Source: an uncultured Candidatus Rokubacteria bacterium (lineage in GTDB: Bacteria > JAUVQV01 > DATDCY01). From it: a DNA stretch of 64,000 bases. Of this stretch, positions 25,016 through 35,469 are shown piece after piece. The notes under the pieces were generated by a model, which was not told the origin of the DNA, ran no database searches, and worked only from the letters and a program-made list of their open reading frames with translations. Each line of letters starts with the position of its first letter. Positions within the stretch are counted from its first letter, which is position 1. Both the position numbers and the translations under genes were made by a program. The stretch is taken from the NCBI GenBank assembly GCA_963699775.1, contig CAVOVE010000003.1:1975-65974 (forward strand). The letters are read 5' to 3'.

Positions 25016-26407
25016 CTAGGCCAGGGCGATCAACCCCGACATCAGCCCTTCGGCGAGACCGACCGCCGCGTAGTCCTCGTTGCGCAAAAACGTGAAGGGC
25101 GGCAGGTGGAAGATCGAGGTGCGCCACCCCGTGGCGAGCCGTTCCGCGCGCTGCCCGCGGCCGAGGTGCTCCCGCGTGTACCGCGGCGCCGCGCCCGTGC
25201 GGCAGACCGGCTCGCCGATCAGGCTCTCGTCGAGAAAAGGAATGACCGTCCGGACGCGCGCGAGCAGATGCTCGCGCGCTCCCGCCGCCGCGTCGGGGGG
25301 GAAGAAACCGAGCGCCTCCAGGGCACAACTGCCGTCGTCGGCCTCATCGGACGCGGCGAGCAGCACGGCCGGGCCGTCGTCGCCGCCTTCCGCGGCGAGC
25401 ACGAGATAGGTGCCCATGCCGACGGGCCGGCGCCCGGGCGCCAGCGTCATCTCGAGCAACCCGTACGCCTGCTCCTGGCACTCCGCGAGCCCCTTGCGGG
25501 TGAGCGCCCGCAGCGCATCGGCGGGAATCAGGCCCTGTCCCTCGCCAAGCGGCAGATCGACGATCACCCGGTCGGCCTTCACCGCGCCCCCGGCGGCCAG
25601 GTGCAGCCGCGCGCCGCCGGAGCGGGGAAGATCGACTCCCTCGAGCGCGACAAGCGGGCGGAGATCCCCGCCGGTCGAGATCAACGTCGCGCGCAACCCG
25701 ACCAGGATGCCGCCCTGCCCCGCCGCGTTACGGTAGAGCCCGCCGTTGGCCACGCGCAGCGCCCGCGCGCCCTCGGCCCAGGTCAACCCGGCACCGGGGC
25801 GGCGCACGACGGCCTGGGCCTGGGCGAAGAGCGTCGAGCGCAGTTCGGGAGTCAGCGACTGCTCGTCGAGAAACGCGGGGAACCCCTGCCGCGCCGTTTC
25901 GCGCTCGAGCGCCTGGAGCCGCACGAACCCCGAGACGCTCGCCAGAGCCCGCCCCAACAGCGCCGCGTTCGCTTCCCCCGTCGGCGGCCCGACGCGATCG
26001 AGCTTCTCGCGCAGCTCCTCCTCCCGCTGCCAGATCGGCGACAGCGCGCGCTGGGCGTCGCCGAACTCGCGCTGCATCTCCCAGGCCCGGGCGGTGCGGT
26101 CGGCGTGGAGACTGATCCGGTGGCGCTGCAGACAGATCTGAAGCGGGGTGGCGAGAGCGTGGAAGTGAATCCGGTCGTCGCCTTGCGGGCCGAACGGGGC
26201 GAGCCCCAGCTCCTGAAAGAAACGCCCGAGCCCCGAGTCGGCCTCGGGCCCGCCGGTGACGGCGTTGAGCTGTTCGAAGGGACGCACGGTGTCGGAGGCC
26301 GCGGTCTCGAGGAGCAGCACCCGCTGTCCCCGGCGCGCCGCGAGCGCGGCGGCGGCCAGGCCGCCGAGGTGATCGCCCAGCACCGCGAGGTGATAACTGG
26401 CGTTCAC
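25016..26407 (-). CDS. FAD-dependent oxidoreductase-like (phytoene desaturase-like) protein
   Basis: N-terminal Rossmann-like HLAVLGDHLGGLAAAALAARRGQRVLLLE. Confidence 0.6.
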   Translation of the reverse strand: MNASYHLAVLGDHLGGLAAAALAARRGQRVLLLETAASDTVRPFEQLNAVTGGPEADSGLGRFFQELGLAPFGPQGDDRIHFHALATPLQICLQRHRISLHADRTARAWEMQREFGDAQRALSPIWQREEELREKLDRVGPPTGEANAALLGRALASVSGFVRLQALERETARQGFPAFLDEQSLTPELRSTLFAQAQAVVRRPGAGLTWAEGARALRVANGGLYRNAAGQGGILVGLRATLISTGGDLRPLVALEGVDLPRSGGARLHLAAGGAVKADRVIVDLPLGEGQGLIPADALRALTRKGLAECQEQAYGLLEMTLAPGRRPVGMGTYLVLAAEGGDDGPAVLLAASDEADDGSCALEALGFFPPDAAAGAREHLLARVRTVIPFLDESLIGEPVCRTGAAPRYTREHLGRGQRAERLATGWRTSIFHLPPFTFLRNEDYAAVGLAEGLMSGLIALA

Positions 26408-27106
26408 ACCGCTCCCTGCCCGGTCATCCGGCTCCACAGCCGGGTCCGGCGCCGCTTGAACGGGACCAGCAGCAGCAGGCCGGCGATGAAACCGCCGACG
26501 TGTGCGCCGAAGGCCACGCCGCCGCCCTCGCCCCCTCCGACCGCCCAGGAGAGCGACTGCACCAGGAACCAGAAGCCGAGGAAAACGAAAGCCGGGACCT
26601 GCACCGTCTGCGCGAAGAAACCCAGCCAGATCAGGGTCACGATCCGCGCACGCGGGTAGAGCAGGAAGTAGGCGCCGAGAACCCCGGAGATCGCGCCGCT
26701 CGCGCCGACCATCGGCACGTTCGAGGCCGGGTGGGTGAGGATGTGCGTCAGGGCGGCCACGGCGCCGCAGGCCAGATAGAAGACGATAAATCGCAGGTGG
26801 CCGGTCGCGTCCTCGACGTTGTTGCCGAAGATCCAGAGAAAGACCATGTTGCCGAGCAGGTGCAGCACCCCGCCGTGCAGGAACATCGAGGTCGCAATGG
26901 TCAGCCCGGGCGGGAGCACGGGCGCGGCGTGCGCGGCCGCGCCGGTGAACTGGGCCGGCACCGCGCCGAAGACCGCGACGAACGCCGCGCCGTGCTCGAA
27001 ACCGAGACCGAGCTGGTGGAGAAAGACCAGGACGTTCGCGCCGATGAGCGCGATCGTCACCCACGGGAAAGGTCCGGGTCGGGATGGTGTCGCGAAGCGG
27101 TATCAC
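26404..27106 (-). CDS. Rhomboid family intramembrane serine protease
   Basis: SMFLHGG..HLLGNM, VGASGAISG, AHVGGF. Confidence 0.95.
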
Positions 27107-27772
27107 GAAGGCAGCGGCGGGTGAACGAGCGCGACGTCGTCGGCGCCGGGGGCCGGCGCGTCCACCACCACCCTGCGGCCCTCGAGACGCAGACGCCCCT
27201 CGGCGAACAGACGGATGGCGTGCGGGTAGACCAGGTGCTCCTGGCGCAGGATGCGCGCGGCGAGCGTGTCCTCGGTGTCGGCGTCGAGCACCGGGACCAC
27301 CGCCTGCGCGACGATCGGGCCGGTGTCCACGCCGGCGTCGACGAAGTGCACCGTGCACCCGGAAAAGCGCGCCCCGTGCTCGAGAGCCTGGCGCTGAACG
27401 TGGAGGCCCGGAAACGCCGGCAGCAGCGAGGGGTGGATGTTGAGGATGCGCCCGGGGAAGGCCGCGAGGAGCTCCGGCCCGCAGATCCGCATGTAGCCGG
27501 CGAGCACGACCAGATCGACGCCGTGCTCGCGCAGGACGTCGACGATCCGCTCTTCGTACGCCGCTTCCCGCCGGGGCCCGCGCGGATCGACAAAGACCGC
27601 GGGGACGCCGGCCCGGCGGGCGCGCTCCAGCGCGAAGGCGTCGGCGACGTCGCTGACGACCACCTTCGACGGCGGCGGCGAGACGCCCGGACGCGATCTC
27701 GTCGAGGATCGCCTGGAGATTCGACCCCCGGCCGGAGGCGAGCACCCCGAGCGGGAGCGGTCTTGCGGTCAC
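27103..27772 (-). CDS. purN: Phosphoribosylglycinamide formyltransferase
   Basis: LASGRGSNLQAI, LAGYMRI, NIHPSLLP, GCTVHFVDAGVDTGPI. Confidence 0.96.
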
Positions 27773-28848
27773 CGCACGGTCCGGGCGCGGGGCGGCGCCG
27801 GCGGGCGCTCGCGGTAGAGCACCCGGCGGCCGCCCTTGACGATCGCGCCGACGACGTGGCACGCCTCGCCGCGACGGCGCAGGGCGCGGCGCAGGCCCTC
27901 GGCCACCTCCGGGCGGGCGACGAGAATCAGTCCGATACCGAGGTTGAAGGTGCGCAGCATCTCCTCGCGGCCGATCCGGCCTTCGCTCTCGAGCAGCGTG
28001 AACAGCGGCGGCACGGGCCAGGAGCCCAGGTCGACCGCGGCCGCGCAGCCGGGCGGGAGCACGCGCGGGATGTTCTCGGTCCAGCCGCCGCCGGTCAGGT
28101 GCACGATGCCGCCGACCGGCGAAGCGCTTGAGCAGACCGAGCACCGGCTTGACGTAGATCCGCGTCGGCGCCAGGAAGGCCTCGCCGATGCTCCGGCCGT
28201 CGCCGGGAACCGCGCGCCGCCAGGCGCGCCTTGCCCCAGCGGGCCTCGACGACCGCGCGCGCCAGGCTGTAGCCGTTGCTGTGCAGCCCGCTCGAGGGCA
28301 GGCCGAGCAGCACGATCGCCGGGGCGGATGCCGCTGCCGTCGATGAGCTTGCCGCGCTCGGCCGCGCCCACGGCGAAACCGGCCAGGTCGTACTCCCCGG
28401 GCTTGTAGAACCCCGGCATCTCGGCGGTCTCGCCGCCGAGCAGGGCGCACCCGGCCTGGAGGCAGCCCTCGGCCATCCCCTTGACCAGATCGGCGATGCG
28501 GCCCGGGAGCAGCTTGCCGCAGGCGATGTAGTCGAGGAAGAAGAGCGGCTCGGCGCCCTGGACGAGAATGTCGTTGACCGACATCGCCACCAGGTCGATG
28601 CCGACGGTGTCGTGACGGTCGAGGGCGAAGGCGATCTTGAGCTTGGTGCCGACGCCGTCGGTGGCGGCCACGAGGACGGGGCGCTTCAGGCGCGTCGGCA
28701 GGGCGAAGAGGCCGCCGAACCCGCCGATGCCGCCGAGCACCCCGGCGCGGCGCGTGGCGGCCGCCAGGGGTGCGAGGCGACGCACGGCCTCGTTGCCGGC
28801 GGCGATGTCGACGCCGGCCTTGCGATAGGTCCAGCGTCCGGCGGTCAC
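27769..28848 (-). CDS. purM: Phosphoribosylformylglycinamidine cyclo-ligase
   Basis: YRKAGVDI, TDGVGTK, GAEPLFFLDY, GGETAEMPG, SSGLHSNGYSL, RTFNLGIG. Confidence 0.96.
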   Translation of the reverse strand: MTAGRWTYRKAGVDIAAGNEAVRRLAPLAAATRRAGVLGGIGGFGGLFALPTRLKRPVLVAATDGVGTKLKIAFALDRHDTVGIDLVAMSVNDILVQGAEPLFFLDYIACGKLLPGRIADLVKGMAEGCLQAGCALLGGETAEMPGFYKPGEYDLAGFAVGAAERGKLIDGSGIRPGDRAARPALERAAQQRLQPGARGRRGPLGQGAPGGARFPATAGASARPSWRRRGSTSSRCSVCSSASPVGGIVHLTGGGWTENIPRVLPPGCAAAVDLGSWPVPPLFTLLESEGRIGREEMLRTFNLGIGLILVARPEVAEGLRRALRRRGEACHVVGAIVKGGRRVLYRERPPAPPRARTVR

Positions 28849-30041
28849 GGCGAACTCTCCCCGGGGTCCTCCCCGACGTGGCGCTCGAGCTCTTCGCGGC
28901 CGTCCTGAAGCACGCCGATCTGCCGGTCCAGCAGCGCTCTGATGCCCCGCAGGGCATCCCGCAGGCCGTTGTTCTCGACGCGCAACCGCTGCAGTTCCTC
29001 CATCATCTCCACGGCCCAGGGCGGGAGCTCCTGCGCGAAGAGGCTCCGGGGAGGGGGCGACCGCATCGAACGGCAAGGTTTCGACGGGCCATTCATCCTC
29101 GATGGCCGCCACGGACTCGGCCCGCGGCCCGCTCTCCTCCCGGCAAGGAGCCGGCGGTCGTCCGGATCCTCCGGAAATTCTTCTCCGGAGTCGACTTCCG
29201 GGCCGTCTGCCGCGACCGGTTCCGCCGGTTCGTCCGAGAAATCCTCAAGGTCGAACTCGTCGAGCCCGTCGATCGGCTCCGCGGGAATTTCGGTCTCCGC
29301 CTCGAGCGGCCGCGGGGCGGGCGCCTCCGGCACCGGCGGCTCTTCTGCCGGTGGTGGCGGGGATGCCGCAAAGACCGCTGATGGCAGCGGAGGCGGGGGC
29401 GGGGGCGGGGGCGGCGCCTCGCGGGCCCCGGCGCCGCCGACGTCGCCGCCGACGTCGAACTGGGTGCGCAGCCGGGAGAGCGTCAGCTTGACGATCGTCT
29501 TGAGTGTCTCGAAGACCCCGTCGCCACGGCTGGCAACCGCCTCGCACACCGGATAACCCTCGACCCCCATGACGCCCACGAGGTCCCCGACGCTCGCGAC
29601 CTCCGGGAGGTCGCGCTTGTTGAGCTGGATCACGATGGGGATCTTCGCGGGGTCGTACCCGTTTTCGATCAGGTTTTCGATCAGGTTCTGGAAGCTCTCG
29701 CGGTTGCGCTCGAGCATCGAAAGCTGCGAGTCCGCGACGAAAGCGACCGCGTCCACCCCCTTGAGGACCAGCTTGCGGGTGGCGTTGTAGTGCACCTGGC
29801 CGGGGACGGTGTAGAGCTGAAAGCGCACCTTGTAGCCGCCGATGGAGCCCATCTCGATCGGCAGGAAGTCGAAGAACAGCGTGCGGTCCCCGTCGGTCGC
29901 GAGCGAGAGCAGTTTGCCGCGCGCGGACGGGTCGAGCTTCTCGTGGATGAACTGGAGATTCGTGGTCTTGCCGCAGAGGCCGGGCCCGTAGTAGACGAGC
30001 TTGGCCGTCACCTCGCGGATCGCGTAATTGAAAAGGACCAC
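28845..30041 (-). CDS. MglA/SofG-like small GTPase with a long C-terminal extension
   Basis: KLVYYGPGLCGKTTNL, DRTLFFDFLP, LYTVPGQV, NKRD; then a Pro/acidic linker and a coiled-coil-like tail. Confidence 0.9.
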   Translation of the reverse strand: MVLFNYAIREVTAKLVYYGPGLCGKTTNLQFIHEKLDPSARGKLLSLATDGDRTLFFDFLPIEMGSIGGYKVRFQLYTVPGQVHYNATRKLVLKGVDAVAFVADSQLSMLERNRESFQNLIENLIENGYDPAKIPIVIQLNKRDLPEVASVGDLVGVMGVEGYPVCEAVASRGDGVFETLKTIVKLTLSRLRTQFDVGGDVGGAGAREAPPPPPPPPPLPSAVFAASPPPPAEEPPVPEAPAPRPLEAETEIPAEPIDGLDEFDLEDFSDEPAEPVAADGPEVDSGEEFPEDPDDRRLLAGRRAGRGPSPWRPSRMNGPSKPCRSMRSPPPRSLFAQELPPWAVEMMEELQRLRVENNGLRDALRGIRALLDRQIGVLQDGREELERHVGEDPGESSP

Positions 30042-30060
30042 CGGTGCCGCCCGCCTTTCC

Positions 30061-30933
30061 CTAGTTGGCGGCCGCGGTCACGCCGCGCCCCTGGAGATCC
30101 CAGTAGTGCTCGTGGGCGACCCGTTTGACCCGCTCGTCATCCGCCAGCTCCAGCACCTTTGTCCACTGTTCCAGGGCCTCCTGTTCCTTGCCGATCCACT
30201 CGAGCACGGTGGCGAAGTGCACGCGGACTTCGAGATTCTTCGGATCATAGAGGAAGGCCTTGCCGATTTCAATGGTCGCCTCGGCGAACATCCCCTTCTT
30301 GAAGTAGTACCAGCCGAGCGTGTCGCGAAACAGACCATTGTCCGGGTTCTTCTCGATCGCCCGCAGCAGGTACGGCAGGGGGTCGACATCCGCCGCGGGA
30401 GTCTCCAGCAGCAACGCTCCGGTGTTGTTGAGCGCGGCGGCGGAGTCGGGGTTGAGCCGGATCGCCTCCTGGAAGGACTTGAGGGCGGCGGGATGGTCGC
30501 CCTCGAGGTAGCGCAGGTAACCGTCCGTCGAGTAGAAGAACGAGACCCGCGGCCAGCTCATCTGGGCCTTGGAGAGGAACTGGCGGGCCAGGTCGCGCTC
30601 GCCGCCGCGATAGAGGGCGAGCACCATGTTGTTCATCGCGAACAGGTACTCCGGGTCCAGCTCGAGCGCCTTGCGGTAGGCCGCCTGGGCCGCGCCCGTC
30701 TTGCCCTGGCGGAGCAGGGTGTTGCCGAGGTTGTTCTGGAGCCGGGGGCGCTGCGCACCGATTTCCAGGGCCTTGCGATAGGTGGCCTCCGCCTGCTCGT
30801 ACTCGCCGGCGGCGTAGAACTCGTTCCCCGACGAGCTCCAGTTTTTCGACCGGGCTGACCGGCGCCTCCCGGCTGCAGCCCGGCAGCCCAGGACGAGGGT
30901 CACCAGCGCCGTCAGCAGCAGCCGGGCGCTCAC
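30061..30933 (-). CDS. TPR-repeat lipoprotein
   Basis: Lipobox LVLGC; several TPRs (NNLGNTLL, DTLGWYYF). Confidence 0.85.
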   Translation of the reverse strand: MSARLLLTALVTLVLGCRAAAGRRRSARSKNWSSSGNEFYAAGEYEQAEATYRKALEIGAQRPRLQNNLGNTLLRQGKTGAAQAAYRKALELDPEYLFAMNNMVLALYRGGERDLARQFLSKAQMSWPRVSFFYSTDGYLRYLEGDHPAALKSFQEAIRLNPDSAAALNNTGALLLETPAADVDPLPYLLRAIEKNPDNGLFRDTLGWYYFKKGMFAEATIEIGKAFLYDPKNLEVRVHFATVLEWIGKEQEALEQWTKVLELADDERVKRVAHEHYWDLQGRGVTAAAN

Positions 30934-32268
30934 GACTGCACCTTCTGGAGCAGGCTCTTGATGTTCCCCGCGCGGTCGCGCGCGAGAATCTCCATCTCGG
31001 CCTGCACCGACCGCGAGCCCCTTGAGGACCGCCGAGAAGTAGCCGGTCGTCGTCGACCACCACCGGGCGCCCCCCGACGCTCACCGAGGCCCCGGGCTCG
31101 GTGCGCCCGTTGACGAGCACCTCGCGCCCGCGGCCCGGTCTGCAGCACGACGAACTTCTGGATCTCGATGAACGGCGGCTGCCGGTCGACGACGATCCGC
31201 ACCGGCACCGGGTCGGCGAAATCGCCCGTGCGGCCCAGGGCGTCGCGCGCGGCGACCCGCACGTGGTAGACCCCCTGGCCGAGCGACGGAGTCGACGAAG
31301 GCGGTCACGCGCAGATCGTCGCGGGACACGACCGGCTTGTCGAAGAACCGGTCCCCGGCGATCTCGAGCCGGTAGGCGCGCGCGCCGGGGACGGGGTTCC
31401 AGGCGCAGGAGAGCTCGACCCCGCCGGTGGCGCTCGGGAAGGTCTCGAGCGGCCGGGGCGCGCGTCAGCCGCGGGGCGGGCAGCAGGTTCTCGGGCTTCG
31501 TGATCTCCTTGAGCGCCGAGATCATGACCGTCTTGCGGTCCGTCACCTGGACCTTCTGGCTGCCGGTGTCGAGGTCGACCTGTCCGGAGTAGACGCTGAC
31601 CTGGCTCTGCTTGTCGGCGCGGATCTCGACGCTCATGCGGGCCTTGTCGATGTCCGCGGTTGCCGTGGGCATCTCGAGACGGAACTGCGAACCGCGGACC
31701 ACGGACTTCTTGATGTCGGCCTCGATGCTGCTCACCAGCAGACGCACGGAGGATTTGCGGACCTTGGTGCGGACGTTCTCGGTGAGGTCGCCGATGACGA
31801 TCAGCGAGTCCGGCTTGATGCGCAGCACGTTGCCGTCGTCGAAGCCGACCTCGGCCCGCGCGCTCGAGAAGGTGCGCACGCGGTCCCCGCTGGCGAGCTT
31901 CATCCCGTCCTGCCCGCTTTTCCAGGCGAGGTCGGTGGCGCGCTGGATCTCGACCCGTCCGGAGATGAAGGTCAGGGTCGCGAAGCGCTGCTCGAGCAAG
32001 TCCCCTTCGTCCGGCGACGAGGTGATCAGGGCGATGCGCTGGTCGACCGAGCGGCGCACGAGCGAGATGACCCGCCCGGCGACGCTCCCGGTACCCTTGC
32101 GACCGGGAATAGTAGACGTTGCCGACGACGGCGAGCGCCAGGAGCGCGAAGATCGCCAGCCAGACCTTGACGGCGAAGTACGAGATGCGGATCAGGCGCC
32201 AGCCGATGCGCTTTTGTTCCTCGCTCCCGGGCGGCGGGCTTGCGGGGTTCAGGCCGCGGGTAACGCAT
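30930..32268 (-). CDS. FecR-domain membrane protein with C-terminal Ig/FN3-like beta domains
   Basis: TM, then GDRVRTFSSARAEVGFDDGNVLRIKPDS, VSVYSGQV; C-terminal RVAARDALG and ILARDRAGN. Confidence 0.8.
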
Positions 32269-34027
32269 GGTCTCCTTCCGATGCCGACTGGGCGACAGGC
32301 GCGCCCGCCGCAACCGGGGGCGGGCGCCTGAGTTTGAGGTGGGCCTTGATGAACGCCTGGACAACCTTCGGGTCGTAACGGCTGCCCGAGAGTCGCAGCA
32401 GGGTCTGGATCACGAAGTCGTCGTCCTTGGCCTTCTGGTACAGCCGATCCGAGGTCATGGCGTCGAAGGTGTCGGCCACGGCGATGATCCGCGCCATCAG
32501 GGGGATTTCGCCGCCGGCGAGGCCGTCCGGGTAGCCGGTGCCGTCGAGCGCCTCGTGGTGGTGGCGCATGCCGGGGATGATGTCCTTGAGCTGGCGGATC
32601 GGGCCCATGATGCTCGCCCCCAGCGCCGGGTGGCCCTTGATGATGGCGAACTCGGCGTCGGTCAGGCGATCGGGCTTGCGCAGCACGGCGTCCGCGATGC
32701 CGATCTTGCCCACGTCGTGCAGCAGTCCGGCGATCTGCACCCGCTCCAGGGATTTTTCGTCGAGGCCCATCTCGCGGGCGATCGCGACGCTGAACAGCGC
32801 CACGCGCTCGGAGTGGCCGCGGGTGTAGGGGTCCTTGGCGTCGATCGCGGCGGCCAGGGACTTGATGGTCGAGAGGAACAGCTCGCGCATGTTGCGGTCG
32901 TAGCTGTCGAGCTGGCGGGTCATGTGGTTGAAGGTGTCGGCGAGCTGGCCGATCTCGTTGTGCGAGCGCGCGGTGATCGTCCCCTTGAAGTCGCCGCGGG
33001 AGATCGCGAGCGCGCGGTCGGCGAACGTCCGGATCGGGCGGCTGATCCCCTGCGCGACGCTGATGCCGATGCCGATGGCGAGCACCAGGCCCAGCGCGAT
33101 CCAGAAGACGGTCTGGCGCCGCAACGCGGTGAGCGACCCGTAGGCCTCGTCGCGCAGCTCCTCGATGACGACGCCCCAGTTGACCCCGGGCACCAGGTCG
33201 TAGGCCCCGAGCATCTGCCGCCCGGCGCGGTCGCGGAACGGGACGCTGCCGAGGGTCTGCCCGGCCTGCAGATAACCGACGATCTCCAGGTCGGCGAGGT
33301 TTTCCCGGCGGCGCACCAGTTCCAGGTCGCGATGCGCGACGAGCACGCCGCGCCGGTCGACGAGGTAGGCCTGCCCGGTCGTGCCGATCCGGATTTTCGC
33401 GAGCAGCTTCTGCACGTCCGCGAGGCTGACGATCGCCAGCAGCGCCGCCGTCACCCGGTTGTTCTCGTCGCGCACCGGCACGGCGAAGCCGACGGCCGTG
33501 GCCGCGCCGCCGGCGGGGAAAAACGGCGTGCCGATGTACTCCTCGCCGCGCAGGGCCGCCGCTCGAGCCGCCGCGATTTCGCCGGCGCCGAGCTGCTCCC
33601 AGACGGCGGCCACGCCGCGGCCGACCTCCGCGGTCTGCCGACCGTCCGCGGCGACCACGCGCACCGCCAGCAGGCTGTTGTACGAGTCGAGAAAGGGAAT
33701 GAGCAGGTCCGAGCGCTGCCCCTCGTCCGGGCTGGTCATCAACCCCTGGAAGCGGGCCATGCCCCGCAGGGTCGCGCTCGTCCCGCCCAGGAAGGACTCG
33801 ACGCGCTCGGCGCTGCTGGTCACGATCTGGGTCTGCGCGGCGAGGATGCCGCTCTCGAGCGTGCTCTGGTTGATCTGCATCATCTTGCGGCTCGAGATCG
33901 CGAGCGGCCCGACCCCGACGAGCAGCAGCACCGCGAGCAGCTGGTAGAGCAGCTTGATGCGCCAGGGCCGGGCGCCCGAGACGACGGCCGGAGCGGCGGC
34001 AGCGGGCCTCGCCGGCGCGCGGCTCAC
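32249..34027 (-). CDS. Cache/HAMP/HD-GYP phosphodiesterase
   Basis: Two TMs, Cache-like YLVDRRGVLVAH, HAMP, YTRGHSERV, LHDVGKIG, HHEALDGTGYP. Confidence 0.92.
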   Translation of the reverse strand: MSRAPARPAAAAPAVVSGARPWRIKLLYQLLAVLLLVGVGPLAISSRKMMQINQSTLESGILAAQTQIVTSSAERVESFLGGTSATLRGMARFQGLMTSPDEGQRSDLLIPFLDSYNSLLAVRVVAADGRQTAEVGRGVAAVWEQLGAGEIAAARAAALRGEEYIGTPFFPAGGAATAVGFAVPVRDENNRVTAALLAIVSLADVQKLLAKIRIGTTGQAYLVDRRGVLVAHRDLELVRRRENLADLEIVGYLQAGQTLGSVPFRDRAGRQMLGAYDLVPGVNWGVVIEELRDEAYGSLTALRRQTVFWIALGLVLAIGIGISVAQGISRPIRTFADRALAISRGDFKGTITARSHNEIGQLADTFNHMTRQLDSYDRNMRELFLSTIKSLAAAIDAKDPYTRGHSERVALFSVAIAREMGLDEKSLERVQIAGLLHDVGKIGIADAVLRKPDRLTDAEFAIIKGHPALGASIMGPIRQLKDIIPGMRHHHEALDGTGYPDGLAGGEIPLMARIIAVADTFDAMTSDRLYQKAKDDDFVIQTLLRLSGSRYDPKVVQAFIKAHLKLRRPPPVAAGAPVAQSASEGDHALPAA

Positions 34028-35469
34028 GCGCCCTCCTCCCCGGGTCTCGCGGCGTCGGGAGCCACGGCGAGGTAGACGGCGTTGCGGGTGAGGTTCTTCA
34101 CCCGGTACATCGCCTGGTCGGCGAGGCGGATCAGCTCGTCCTCGCCGGAACAGGTCTCGGGAAAGGAGGCCACCCCGAAGCTTGCGGTGAGGTGCGCCGC
34201 GAGGCCCTCGCCGGCGAGGAAGACGTGCTCGTCCATCGACTGCCGCAGCCGCTCGGCGACGAAGGCCGCGGCGTCGAGCTTGGTTTCGGGCAGGATCACG
34301 ATGAACTCGTCCCCGCCGTAGCGCGCCACGATGTCGACGTCGCGCACGCCGCGGCGCAAGCACTTCGGCGACCTCGCGCAGCAACTGGCTCCCGGCGAGG
34401 TGACCGTGGTGGTCGTTGACCTGCTTGAAGTGGTCGAGGTCGAGAAAGATCAGCGAGACGTTGCTCTTGTAGCGGCGGCAGCGCTTGACCTCGGTGTCGA
34501 GGTACTGCGTGAAATAGCGCGCGTTGTAGAGCCTGGTCAGCTCGTCGGTGAGCGACATCTGCTTGGTCTGCTGATAGAGGCGGGCATTTTCGATCGCGAT
34601 CGCGGCGAACCCCGCCAGCCGGGTGACCAGGTTCAGATCGCGCGCGGTGAAACCGTCGGCGCCGCCCTTCTTGTTGACGACCTCGATGACCCCGAGCATC
34701 CGGCCGCGGGTCTCGAGCGGAACGCACAGAATCGAGCGCGCGCGGACCCCGTAGGTCTGCTCGAGGTCGCACCAGCGCGGGTCGGCGGCGGCGTCGTGGA
34801 CGACGACCGGCTTGCCTTCGCGCGCGACCCAGCCGGGGATGCCCTCGCCCGGCTTGATGACGACGCCGGGTCCGGTTCGATCGGCGCCTTCGCCGACCGC
34901 GACCGAGAGGTGCAGCCCGCCCTCCCCTTCCTCGCCGAGCAGCAGCGACCAGGATTCGGCGTGCACCAGCTCGCGCGTCTTCTCCATGATGATGTTGAGC
35001 ACGGTCTGCAGCTCGAGCGAGGAGATGATGGTGCGCCCGACCTCGTCGAGCGTGAGCAGTTCCAGATCCTTCTCGCGGAGTTGCTGCGAGAGCTCCCGCC
35101 AGCGCAGGGCGTTGCGCGCCGCGCGGCCCAGCCGCGCCGGCTCGAGCGGCTCCTGGAGAAGCTCGTCGAACGCGGTGCTGAATCGCGGCTCGAGTTCGAC
35201 GACATCGGCGGAGAGAACCCCGATCACCGGGACCTGGGGCAGCGACTGCTGGGCCAGCGCGAGCAGCCTGCGGTGCTCGCCGCGGGCGTCGACCCGCAGC
35301 ACCACCAGGTCGACCTGGCTCCCGGAGAGCAGCCGGATCCCGTCCTCGGGGGTGTCGAAAATGATCACGTCGACGCCGTGCGGGGACGCCCCCGCGAGAT
35401 GCTCGCGCACCGTCTGCCGCGTCGACGCCGACCTCGCGCGCGGCCAGCACCGCGGGCTTCGCCGCTCAC
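34024..35469 (-). CDS. Pseudo-REC/GAF/GGDEF diguanylate cyclase
   Basis: GAF domain; TDELTRLYN, DLDHFKQVND, RDVDIVARYGGDEF (RxxD I-site), ADQAMY; frameshift near 34360. Confidence 0.92.

Noticed and set aside
25016-28957. 1313-aa ORF as a fusion protein
   Set aside because: It is an off-frame read-through of purM, purN and rhomboid; only the last part of about 460 aa is a real protein.
29390-29415. G-rich run as a phase-variable tract or G-quadruplex
   Set aside because: Explained by poly-proline codons on the minus strand.
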